DNA from: Octopus vulgaris
Taxonomy: Eukaryota
Direction: 5' to 3'
Length of the DNA: 64,000 nt
Assembly (NCBI GenBank): GCA_951406725.2
Contig: OX597831.1
Location: 60,326,001 to 60,390,000, forward strand
Shown here: positions 43,381 through 55,299 of the stretch, in pieces
Layout of the letters: the number at the start of each line of letters is the position of its first letter
Position numbering within the stretch: the first letter of the stretch is position 1
The notes under the pieces: model-generated
What the model saw: only the letters and a program-made list of their open reading frames with translations
What the model was told of the DNA's origin: nothing
Database searches by the model: none
Program-made: the position numbers and the translations under genes

Positions 43381-43800
43381 TGATTATTACATTATTTGTT
43401 GCGAATGTAGGTCACATTGTTTTCCGGTGACTTATTAAATTTCTTTGAAAATACTTTGTTTAATGCTGTAATTTATGGTTAAAACTTTAAATATAAATCT
43501 GCTTTCTGAGTGGAGAAGGTAGTGCCAAATTATGCATTAAAGGTCCGAAATTTTAATATATTTCATGCTCTCGGTTATTGCCTCCATTTGTCGGAATTAT
43601 GACCTTAGTAACACGTTTTCTCAGATTCTCTGAGGAAATAGCAGGAAGAACAATTCATAGCACGTCTATCCCTCTTAGAGAATAGCTACAGGACAATAAT
43701 AATAGCATCAAGACGAATAATTACAATGGAAATAATATTGAAAACAGTAACGCATGCAACTCAGAAAGCAGTAGCCACAAAAATAGCAACAGCAGCCACA

Positions 43801-44600
43801 ATGGAGGCGCAATGGCCCAGTTGTTAGTGCAGCGGACTCGCGGTCGTAAGAATGCGGTTTCAATTCCCAGACCGGGTATTGTGAGTGTTTATTGAGCAAA
43901 AACACCTAAGCTCCACAAGGCTCCGGTGGGGAACGGTGGTGAAACCCGCTGTACTTCTTCACCACAAATTTTCACTCTGTCTTCCTACTTCTGCCACAAA
44001 GCAGAGAAAACATGGTGTAACCCACTACGGTGTGGTAAACTTTCAGACTCTAGTCTAGATTGCAAATCCTCTGTACCCCAGGATGGTTCAGCTCTCCACC
44101 CGTTAAAAGCCACCGATTACGGAATGAGGATAACAACATAGCTTTCGCGCCTGTGCAGCTACCTGTCTATCGCGTGTGGTGGGTGGATCTTCGAGTTGCC
44201 ACACGCATTCTTTGTAGCTTAGAGTAGGCTTGAATTAGAGATTATTCTTTGTGGCTAATGGCATGAGTTCAGATTGGAAGAAGAAGAAGAAGAAGAAGAA
44301 GAAGAAGAAGAAGAAGAAGAAGAAGAAGAAGAAGAAGAGGCACAGGTGAACCAACAATAACAAAAAACTATTTTTGAACTGCTACAAAAACAGCAGCAGT
44401 AGTAACAACATCAGAAGCAACAACAGCGACAACAAAACCAAGAACAGCAACATCAGCAGCAGCCGTCCAAGAATTTGGACATGGAGATTTCCCTTTCCAG
44501 CGACTTCGAGGGCCAACTCCCAGTGGTGTCGGGCGTCAATGAAGAGTCCTCGACTACAACAAGACGACCAAAGTTTTTTTCCAATGTCTAGACGATAACC
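43801..44600 (+). mobile_element. tRNA-headed element (21750 family) continuing into (GAA)n and Q-rich ORF1-like sequence
   Basis: Head TGGAGGCGCAATGGCCCAGTTGTTAG..GGTTTCAATTCCC, (GAA)n at 44277-44338, then QQRQQNQEQQHQQQPSKNLDMEISLSSDFEG. The head is well supported; the nature of the extension is inferred. Confidence 0.6.
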
Positions 44601-45691
44601 TAATCACCCTTACCCGTCTTGTTGCTTAATAACAACAACAACATCAGTAGCAATAAGAATATACACAATGACAAAGTGTGGGGGCAACTACCAACAGGGA
44701 ATCCATTGCCGGGTTTGTAGCGAAATTAAAGCATCAACTCCCGTTCTCCTGCGTTGATAAAGCGCCATATCTTAACGCACTGGGCAGAACTTGCGAAAAC
44801 GTATGGCAGTAGAGCTGAAATTACAATCGCAAAGTGGATGCTGACAATAGATCCCATATAGATGTTGCAGTATCTTGATAGTTCCGCAAAAGCCAACTCC
44901 TACACGTGTAGCGCTCACTCCCGACGAAAGAGATCTTGAAGGAATGTGTGGAAGATATAGAAATATAAGTGTTTGCATGTTAAAATGTATATCACCCTGG
45001 CCTATGGCTGAAATCAGTCAAGGATAAAAGATAATATATATAACTTTGAAGAGTGACCGTGGTCCTGAAACTCACTTCTATAAACATGACAAGCCTTCTA
45101 CTGTTAGAACTAACAAATATTTAGAAATTCACGAGACATCCGAGAAATTTAATTTTTACCCGTGACTATTGTATGTTGTTGACATCGTAAATCTTATAAC
45201 ATTTCCAGAGTACGTGAAATAATTATCTTAAGGAATTGGTTGTCGAAGTATATATAAAGGTATAAATAATAGGATAAAAATATTGTGTTGAAAAACATTT
45301 TCGGGTCGAGAAAGTCGAAGGATACCTATGTGACAGAGACCTGCTTTCCTATAGACATGATAGGTTCTTTACCGTTGTATCTTTGCATTTATCTGACCGT
45401 AAAAATATTTCAACACAATACTTCCGTGTTATTATGACATCAGTAAGAAGACACATTAGCAAGACAATCGATTACGTGTAGCAGAAAATAGAAACGCCAT
45501 GAAACTCTGAAGGAGCAGAAACATACTGTGTAAACCAGGATATTGGTGAGACGGTCTGTAAGGACGTGTAGGATTTGATTTGGCAATCAAAGCATCAAAT
45601 GGGGGAAATACACCAATACCAGGTGTAAGGGAAAGCTCATAGTACAGAAGAAAACATGATTCAATAGATGAGGATGGCTGGGTGAAGGCTG

Positions 45692-46967
45692 TACGAGAAA
45701 TGTTCCTTAAAGATTTCCCTTGACTCACTTTCCAAGACTCTGATAAAGGAAACTTGGCATAATGATATAATGATCAGCCCTTCTATACATAGCCACCACC
45801 AATGGTGAATCACTTCTCCCATCGCTTCATGCATTTGTAAATACCTCATCTGTAGAAGTCGGTAGGTTACCTCTAGTATCAAGATTTTACCTCAGAAATA
45901 CGTTCATCATCCAAAAAGTGCTTCCCCTTTAAGCAGGATTGCATGTTTGGTAAGAGGTGCAAGTCAGATTGTGCGTGGTCGGAGTGTAAGGGGGATGAGG
46001 GAGGATTCCATGTGATCAACATGTGCATTGTGAACTTGGGTATTGTCTTGGAGGAGGTTGATTCCTTTGGTCAGCATGCCACGCTTCTCTGGTTTCATGG
46101 CGTCCCGCAATTACTGCAGCAGAGAAGCGTAAGAAGTTAATTGTGACGCACGTTGCCAGGAAATTCCTCATCGATACTTCGTGCTGTTGTTAAAGGACTG
46201 TGATCATCACCTTTCCTGCTTAGTGTTGGACATGAGCCTTCCTTGTGGATGGTGAGTTATCCTTATGCTTCCATTGCTTCGACTGGACTTTAGTCTTAGG
46301 ATCATAATGAAGGACACATATTTCATCCTGTGTGATAAGCCTGCTAAAAATGTCCTCGTTTTCTTGGCACATTGCCAAAAGTGCCTGGGTGTAATTGACT
46401 CGTTTCTGTATCTGAAAAGGTGTGAGAAACTGGGAGTATCCATTGTACAGACAACTTTCACATGTTCAAATAGTCATGAATGATTTTTTCAACGAAGACT
46501 ACACTTATCTTCCTTTCTTGGGTTAGTTGCCGTATAGTTAGTCGGTGACCCTCCAAATTGGCGGCTTCCACCTTATTGATGGTTTCGTCTTCAATGGCAG
46601 AATGTGGTTTTCCAGGAATAGGAGCAGTTCCCACCGATGTCCGACCACATTTGAATTGGCGATGAAAGTACTTCACTAAGTCGTATGATGATACATCGTC
46701 ACCGTAAACTTCTTTCATATAATCGAAAGTCTATTTTCGTGTACAACCTTTCAAATATAAGAAACTTATCACTGATCTGCATTCAACAGTCTCCATTACA
46801 ACACATTAGTACACTTCAGAAGCCGTAAAAGCCAAACGAATACTAGTGGAGGGCTAAAATGTACAATGTGACATGTAGAGACATATACAACTTTTACCTG
46901 TACAAGTTCCATTTACTGAAATAACCAGAAGTGGGCCAGGGGAAATCTTTAATGGATACCTCTTGTA
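45692..46967 (-). mobile_element. Full-span decayed mariner transposon with both TIRs and TA TSDs
   Basis: TIRs TA-CGAGAAATGTTCCTTAAAGATTTCCCTTGACTCACTT and (rc) TA-CAAGAGGTATCCATTAAAGATTTCCCCTGGCCCACTT. Transposase pieces MKEVYGDD..SYDLVKY..RQFKCGRTSV..PGKP, QDNTQVHN, PYTPTTHNL and FYR*GI..KRWEK...GGGYV. Confidence 0.92.
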
Positions 46968-48481
46968 GGCTTACCCAGAGATGCCTAATTGATATAACAG
47001 GAGCAGGCAGTCGAGCCTCTACTAACCTGCAAGGAACTCTGTAGCACTCTCCAGAGTATCATTCAGGCTTTATTTCAATGTAGACGGGTCCATAAGTGAT
47101 TACATTTTAAATTATAAGGAAGTTCATATGTAGGGTGTCCAGATCTATTTCATGTCAAGCATTACTAGATAGAAATATTTATATACTCGGATAATTTAAT
47201 GCTGCGTACTTAAATACAATGATACAAGGTGTTCCCATTTAGTTTTAAATATTTCAAAGTAGTTTCGCATTTAATTGATCATTAATGTTTCCTAGATACG
47301 ACGTTTCACTAATATTTTATCATTTAGACATTTCCTGCAATGTCATCTCTCAAATGAAATTACCTGTGTGATGTACGGTCTCATAGAGTCTGCGACATAC
47401 CCATTCTGATACAGAATATTGGACATGCCAAGGATACCGTACATATATGTTCAAAATGTTTCACAAGCCTACAAGAAGGAGAGCCTCATTGAATTATTAG
47501 ATGATGTAGTCTAAGTTAAATTATACGAGAAGTAACATACTAACACGAACGAAAATCTTTTGACCATAAGTCAGTCGGGCGAAGGCGTAGTTCTCTAACC
47601 AATGTACTATCGTTTGATAAACATTCATTGCATGCATATGAATGAGATATAGTTCTCTCGGATATATAAATATTAGCTGGCAAATTTAGCATTAATTAGA
47701 CTAGAACTGATGATTTCTTTGTTCGGTGATATTGACGGTTAATTAGTCTTGTATTGTTATAAAACTAAACGAAATACGTTTGATATTTAAGCAATAAATT
47801 AATGATATTTGATTAATTGTTTTAAATATTTATTGTGTGAGATACATCTCAGACCATTTTCATCTGTCTCTCATCATAATAATTTCCCTGAAGCGTCTGT
47901 ATATTTTTTAGTATTGACCCCCCCATGGAGTGTTGAATTTCAATATAATTGGATTAATTTTATTCAGCTTATCCGCCTTTGTTAAAACCAATTACTAGAT
48001 GTTCCCCTTTGCGATTTGAAACAGATTAAATTAAAAATATCTAGAAACAAAGAAATTTTAACGCTTGCAGTAAATATAAAAAGAGGGAAGTTAAAGAACC
48101 TAGAAACCAAAACGACAAAAATGAACACTGAAGAAAAACATAAGTAGAAATAATATAATTCAAAGAAACGAACAATATAATGGTAGCCATAACTAAGAAT
48201 TTAATATATATGTATCACAAAATAACTGACAGCAGTTATCCTATATTTATCCTATATCTATTGTATTTACAACAGACAAATAAAAGTAAAACTAAAAAAG
48301 TATAAATAGGATAGAAAGAATGGGGAGAATAATTTAATAAGAGAATATGAAACTCTCTGTCTAATATTTCATACACCTCGATGATTTGGTCTTATATTTA
48401 TATGTCAGATAAAATCAAATAGTCGTAACTAAACAAAGCACACAAGCTAAAAATATATATGGACATGTATGTTTCGTTGAT

Positions 48482-48520
<39 letters not shown>

Positions 48521-48582
48521 TATATATATAAATGCATATATATACATATATATGCATATATACATACATATATATATATGCA

Positions 48583-48619
<37 letters not shown>

Positions 48620-48661
48620 GCACATATATATGTATATATATGCATATATATATACATATAA

Positions 48662-48750
<89 letters not shown>

Positions 48751-48766
48751 TTTATTATATAGAAGG

Positions 48767-48817
48767 AGCTTCTACAGGACTAGAACTGTTTCATTCAAGA
48801 GAAATCTTCAGGAAGCT
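48767..48817 (-). ncRNA. Type I hammerhead ribozyme, core intact
   Basis: Minus strand: agcttc-CTGAAGA-t.ttc(tctt)gaa.t-GAAA-cag(ttctagtc)ctg-TA-gaagct. 6-bp stem I, short stem II, stem III acag/ctgt, GUA cleavage triplet. Confidence 0.8.
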
Positions 48818-48914
48818 AGTTAACAAGAATTGTATTGGCATTACTCTACTATGTATTGAGTACCTTATTTACTGTGGTTAACCCCGAATCAACCCGGGAC
48901 CTACATATATATAC

Positions 48915-48945
<31 letters not shown>

Positions 48946-50867
48946 CATATATACATCCACGGCAATACGCTCACACCACTCACACCCAGATGGGTGAGCT
49001 GCACAACCAAAAAACGCACACACACACGTGTGCGTATTTTGATTGTGCAATTCGCCCATCTGCATGTATGCGGGCGCGAACACACCGTTGCACATATCGA
49101 GCCCAACAAGCATGCACATGTACATGTGAGGGGGTACACGCACATGCCGTGCGCGTATACCCCCCGCACTTATACCCGTGCGTGAATATACACATGGAGA
49201 CTACCACACAGGTACAAATGTGCATAGCAAAGGGAGCCCCATCACTACACTCAATGCATACTCTCACCCATCCGCACGGATGTGGAAGCGAATCACCGGT
49301 GTATATATTGAGGCTCATAAGTAGCGCTGTGGAGGCGAACGTCGTTGAAATTGTGAATGAATGGGTGGAGTTGGGAATTGTAACCGGGTGGTGGGTTAGC
49401 GTTGCTTAGAATTGGGAATGGAATAGTGTAGTGGTGGAATGGCAGGCATCAAAAATAGACGTGGGTTACTGCAAATTGTTTGTTAGAGCTGCCAAGATGA
49501 GCTAAAGCTCATAAATGCATATAATAATTTATCATGGTAGTTTTATTAAAGAATAAATTCATAATATTTTTTTTTTCTTTTTTTTTCTTAATAGTGTTGG
49601 TTTGCCACGTGGATATAGTTTTTAGTTCCATTTATTCTATTTCTCCATTCATAATTTTAAATGACGTTTGCTTTCCATGGCGCGTATTCTTTTTATACAT
49701 AAGTTATGTTTCTATGGTAACGTAATTTTGGTTTGATTTTTTTAACGGCTTAGAATTTAATTTCACTTCATAATTTGAAACTGACTTGTAAGTATGTATT
49801 TTATTTCTCCTTATGTCATATTGTTATTTTTGATATTCTGGTTAATTACGATGTATTTAATGTTGTTTTTATTGGAGTGTTTATGTATGTGAGATTGTGT
49901 GTGAGTGTGTGCGTTTTTTAGTTGTATAATTTATTTATCTGTATGAGTGTGGGTGTGTAAATATTGTTGTATATATCGAGTTTAGTGAGTATGTATATGC
50001 GTATATGTGAGGGAGTATATGTATTTGTTGTGTGTGTGTGTTTTGCGTGTGTGTGTGTTTGTGTGTGAATGTGTATATGGGTTTGTTATATAGGTTTGGG
50101 GATGTATGTGTTAATTTGTATGTGTGGGGAGGGAGTGGGTTTTTGGTGTATATTGAGGTTTATAAGTTAGTATAGGTATGTGTGAGTGAGGTGGGTATTT
50201 GTATAAGTCGTGGGTCTGTGGTTTACGTGTGTGTATTATCATTATACGTTTTTATGAGTTTTGGTTTATCATGGTAGTTTTGTTAAGGAATTCGTAGTAA
50301 TTTGTGTCTATTTGCGATGTCTGTTGTTTTATTGCATTATTTCATTCATAATTTTTAAGTAGTGTTCGTTTTACCAAGTGAATATAATTTTTAATTCCAT
50401 TTATTCCATTTCTCCGTTCATAATTTTAAGTGATGTCCGTTTCTAGAGCGGGAATGTGGGTTGTATGTGTGTGTGAGGGAGTATGAATAAGTATTGTGTT
50501 GAAGTATTTAGCTATTTTATTTATTTATCGTTGCCTAGACGTTTTTATGTGTATGTATAGGGATATATATATATATAGGTGTGTGATTTAGTGTATGGTT
50601 ATATATAATTAGTTATATGTGTATGGGTGTATATATAGTTTATTTTTTGTTTTGTTTTATATTTTATATTTTATGTTTTATATTTTATATTTTATATTTA
50701 ATTGTTGATAGGTTTATTTTAGTTTATATATTGTTTATATATTGATTATATATGGATTATATATAGGTTATAAATAGATTATATATTTATATTTTTTCAT
50801 TAATACTTTAATTATTTTAAAATTATAATTTTTATATTTTAAAATATTGATATTTTAGATTGGAAGT

Positions 50868-50910
50868 CCACCTGAAGATTGTCGATCAAGACAAGAAACA
50901 ATTGTAGTGG
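50868..50910 (+). ncRNA. Minimal type I hammerhead ribozyme with palindromic stem III, core intact
   Basis: ccac-CTGAAGA-ttgtc(gatcaa)gacaa-GAAA-caattg-TA-gtgg. All core nucleotides and all three helices are present. This is the architecture described for PLE hammerheads. Confidence 0.88.
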
Positions 50911-50995
50911 CGGTTTTTTTGACTTTTTATTAAAATTTTATGTATTGATTAAGTCTTTCCTTGTTTGTTTTGCAAAATAGTGGTTTTGTCTCTAA

Positions 50996-51082
<87 letters not shown>

Positions 51083-51384
51083 TAAATACAGATACAGAGA
51101 TATATTGACAGATAGATAGATAAATAGATACATAGGCAGATAGATAAATAGGTAGATGGGGAAATAATGAGAGAGAGAGAGAGAGAGAGAGAGGGAGGAA
51201 GACAACGAGTGAGAGAGAAATAAACAATGTATACACAGAATATATACAAGAAAAAAATTATATATACCCGAAAAACTTAACAACATTATTTAAATGTTTG
51301 TAGGTATATGCATTCATCCTTGTATGTACGGTTATGTTTCGGCCACATGAACAGTGCTTCTTCTTTCTTATAGAAAGTTTTGTT

Positions 51385-51415
51385 CCTTCCGACGAAGAGC
51401 CATGCTCGGAACAGC
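51385..51415 (+). ncRNA. Degenerate hammerhead-like motif (PLE terminus relic)
   Basis: CCGACGA-agagc(cat)gctc-GGAAC. Stem II resembles that of 56881-56920; both core boxes are mutated. Confidence 0.35.
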
Positions 51416-51534
51416 CATTTCCACTCCCATTTCTCCATCGAAAAGACTCAATGAATGTCATGTAAAATCCAATGTGTCTATTGTCTATGTCTTTGCTGTA
51501 ATTTCCTGTATTCAAATTTAGATTTCCGTATATA

Positions 51535-51569
<35 letters not shown>

Positions 51570-51705
51570 CGGTGAATAGGTTTATATGTCCAGGTTCAAC
51601 AAAAAGAGTACGCCATCTCACGAAAACAAATATTTTTATGACCACCTCACATGGCTCACGCTACCAAACGTTTCACGCACGCACGCACGCACACACAAGC
51701 ACACG

Positions 51706-51791
<86 letters not shown>

Positions 51792-51897
51792 TTAATAATA
51801 TTAGGGAAATAAATGTTTTGAAAATTTTACTACCAGTGGCCTAGCGTAAAAAAATTAGTCAATAGACTATATATTATTCATATAAAATTCAATGTAC

Positions 51898-52153
51898 AAT
51901 TAAAATACGTTAAGAAGCTTCCATCATAGCAATCCTTTACGCTAGAAAGACCAGTTAAAGTCCCAACCACTAATCAGGGATCAATTCTCGTAGGGAATGA
52001 AAGATGAGAACATTTACCATCTACAAGGAATTAGATGGTAAATGTTTTTTTTATTTTTCATTCTATTTGAGAATTTTCCCTAATTAATGGTTTGGACTGC
52101 TCTTTCTAACGTAAAGGATTCTTATGATGGAGGCCTCACAATGTGTTTTAATT
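51898..52153. repeat. Older imperfect inverted repeat (arms of about 125 bp, 8-nt loop)
   Basis: AACATTTACCATCTA-caaggaat-TAGATGGTAAATGTT at the centre. Outer arms CCATCATAGCAATCCTTTACGCTAGAAAGA and TCTTTCTAACGTAAAGGATTCTTATGATGG. Confidence 0.85.
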
Positions 52154-52189
52154 TCATATATATATATATATATATATACATATAATCTT

Positions 52190-53540
52190 AGGGAATAATA
52201 AATATTCCAGGTTATCAGGACATTTACTATTTTACACTTTACTAATGCAATGTAAACCGTATAACCTTATTGTAAACAGCATGACCTTATATATGGAATT
52301 CACATAGAAATAAAATATATCCAATAAAATAATATAAGCATTTTAAAAACATACTTTAAAATACAATAAAATTATTTGAAAAAATATTTGAAAAATCTAT
52401 ATTACTTACGTGTTATTAGTCTGTAGGGAAAGAAAATGGTGGGTGGTTTGTAAAGGCTATACAAATACACAAATCCACAAGTGCATCCTCAGACTATTTA
52501 CCTTATTGTTATTATTATTAACGGATTAAAGTTCAAAATTCATATTATAAGTCATACTAAATATAAAAATAAGAATATGAATGCAACTATAATAAAATAA
52601 AAATATGATAACATATATAAATTCCAAATATAGTTTTTAAAAATTAAAATATTAAACAAATATCAAAAATTTTTAAAAATTAAAAACTAAAAATACTTTA
52701 TTGCTCTCTCTACATCCGGGTTTTGTCTCTCTCTGACCAGAACGCGTAACTGACTCTGTTATCGTGTGGACCACAGGACCCTAAAAGGAATTTCCTGAAA
52801 TGGAAGCAGAGTCCGAAGACTTCCGTACTAGAATTAAGGGTGTTCCCGGGACGAGACTGTCTTTTGATATCATCGTTTGTTCGACTATGCACAGTTTACA
52901 ACGCCTTGGTCCGTCATCTTGGGGCTTGTATTTTCTAGGATCTTCCATGATATTACGTTCCATTGTCCTTCTGCCGCCAAACATGGCTGCCTAAAGACGT
53001 AGTGTATCTCCTTTCCGGGATTCTGAAAGAGGATCTATGGTCGGAGAGGGGCTGCTTGAATGAGTTACCGGAAATCCAATGTATCTCCGTGTATGACTGT
53101 TGGCTGAATTGATGTTGACGCTGATGCTACCACAATTGTTGGTACTGTTGTTGCTCGTATCGTCATTAAAACTGGTGTTGATATTGGTGCCGGCGTCGGT
53201 GCCCTTAATACTGGCCTATGGGACATGATCGGTGGTGGCGTTGCTGTTGGTGGTGCTATGGCTATAATCATTGGTGTGGTTGGATCTGTCATCGGTGCTA
53301 TTGAGATGAGAGATACAGTTGCCATTGTTATTGATATCATTAGGGCTTGTGGTACTGGTATTTCTGTTAGGGATACTTCCGTAGCTGTTGTTATTATTAT
53401 TATTGTTGCTATCGATGGTACTGCTTCTATCTCTGTTTGGGTTACCGCTGTTGCTATTGTTGCTCTCATTCCTCCTGCTCTAACATTCATTAGGAAAGTT
53501 GCTACTGTATTTGCTGCTGCTGCTGTTGCTGTTGAGGGAA
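52190..53540 (-). mobile_element. Penelope-like element 3' part: N/S/T-rich linker, GIY-YIG endonuclease C-terminal half (frameshifted), AT-rich 3' UTR
   Basis: Minus strand with frameshifts: RRYIG.SGNSFKQPLSDHRSSFRIPERRYTTSLGSHVWRQKDNG..ISWKILE..RRCKLCIVEQTMI..TLNSSTEVFGLCFHFRKF. Upstream is an Asn/Ser/Thr-rich frame. Confidence 0.85.
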
Positions 53541-53790
53541 CGGTCTTTGTCCCAGAGCTCACAAGATGGGAGAAGTCCGAAACGTGGTCCTTTGCTATTC
53601 GTAAGACACGCAGAAGAGAAAGGAGGTCAACCCTCGATATCGAGAGCATCGACGGATGGATGAATCTGCATCCAGGCTCAGTGGTTGCGTAGGAAGTCGG
53701 GGACAAGAAACAGGAAGAAAGAGTGAGAGAATGTTGAGGCGAAAGAATACAACAGGGGTCCCCACCAACACCTGCCGGAGGTCGTGGAGC
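53520..53790 (-). mobile_element. Head-truncated copy of the 21750-family element, fused to the PLE linker
   Basis: Reverse complement matches 21860-22115 (TCTCTCACTCTTTCTTCCTG..GCAAAGGACCACGTTTCGGACTT..ATCTTG.GAG.TCTG.GAC.AAAGACCG). Confidence 0.8.
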
Positions 53791-54382
53791 TGCTGCTGCT
53801 AGTATCGGCAGTCACCTCAGCCGCATAAACTCCTCACTGGGTTTCGAAATGGCTTCTTACTGGGAATCTGTTGTAGTCCTGGCATGAGCATCCCGCCTAC
53901 TTTCGTCGTCTACGCGTGTTAACTAGAGTACTCTTAATATTCGATGCACAGCAATATAGGCCCTTAAGTTGTGTCCGTTGAAAATGCGTAACTAAGTCTT
54001 CTTCTCTCAATTTTCGAGAGAGGCTAGTTGCTAGAGGGACATAGGCCTAGGGTCTGAAGAAGCGCTGTGAAACTGGGCGCTTTGTGCACATGAAATACAG
54101 GGTAACCCCAGGGACCGGTCATATCTATCTAACAAACTATCTGTCACTGTATCTATATATCTATCTACCTATCTATCTATATAAAATAACAAAGGTGGGT
54201 AGACGCAATATAAAGTCGAAAGGGAAAACTTCCATTGCCACTAATAGCCACAGAGAGTGCATTCTTAAACAGGAGTAAAAAACACTTATAGCCACAAAAA
54301 GCAGTGTCTATGTACTGACATGTACTAACACACTCGCTGTCAGTTCATAGGTTCATAGACACTATGTATGTATATATGTGAT

Positions 54383-54431
<49 letters not shown>

Positions 54432-54432
<1 letters not shown>

Positions 54433-54682
54433 TCAAAATAAGCAACAAATATATCCAAGGTAGAGTTGTACAATTGTTTCATGCTACTTCATTTTATTAA
54501 AAACTGTAAGTATTACATCAGTTTTAAAATGTCGAGCAATCTTCAGCCACTTATTTAAAATTCAGCCACATTTAAAATTCCTCGACATTTGAAAACTGAT
54601 ATAATACTTACAGTGTTTAACAAAATGATGTAGCATGAAACAATTGTGCTACCCAACCTTGGATATAATTGTTTATTTTGAT
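54432..54682. repeat. Imperfect palindrome (arms of about 105 bp) adjoining (TA)n, PLE-terminus-like
   Basis: ACAATTGTTTCATGCTAC..CTGTAAGTATTACATCAGTTTTAAAATGTCGAG pairs with CTCGACATTTGAAAACTGATATAATACTTACAG..GTAGCATGAAACAATTGT. Confidence 0.85.
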
Positions 54683-55299
54683 TATAATCACCCTATTTGA
54701 TTTATATGGATAATACCATACACAATTCTGGTGCATTTAACTTAAGTACCATGTTCTTCTGAATCTAAATTTTGCTGAACTTATATATATATATACGTAG
54801 ACATATACATATAAAGGCTTCGATGAATAAAGCGCTTAAATGGCAACGCACCGGTCAGGTCGAAGTTAAATTGCATACACAGCAACTACAGTCAAATACA
54901 AACGATGGAACAGAAGAATAGACAGAAAGATATTCAGTTTCTGCATACAATTAATTGAACCAAACTGAATATATTATCAGCACATGGGCTAATTTAGGAA
55001 CGCACATTGTATTGAATATACATCATCCGATTGTTATTTATTTGTTTCATTTATATATATATGCAATGCGTTTGTGTGTGTTTCATTCTCTGTGTTTGTA
55101 TGTGTATGTGAGTGTGTCTGTCTGTCTGTGTGTGCATGTGTATGTGTTATGTATACATATGTACATATATATATATATATACATATACATATACATATAC
55201 ATATTTATATATATATATATATAAAACTTAAATAACTTAGATGTTTCAACCAAAGACTGGTCCAGGCCATGCCTAACTTAATAGCACCATCTGATAGGA

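Noticed and set aside
47364-47470. Minus-strand AG/GT-bounded exon candidate (..TYMYGILGMSNILYQNGY..)
   Set aside because: All three frames contain a stop and no partner exons can be linked.
53065-53706. 213-aa Thr/Ala/Ile-rich ORF and 155-aa antisense ORF as host genes
   Set aside because: They are alternative frames of a low-complexity PLE linker fused to a repeat body.
54050-54090. CTGAAGA-agcgctgt-GAAAC hammerhead-like match
   Set aside because: No stem I, poor stem II and no NUH triplet; it lies in what looks like decayed LINE coding sequence.
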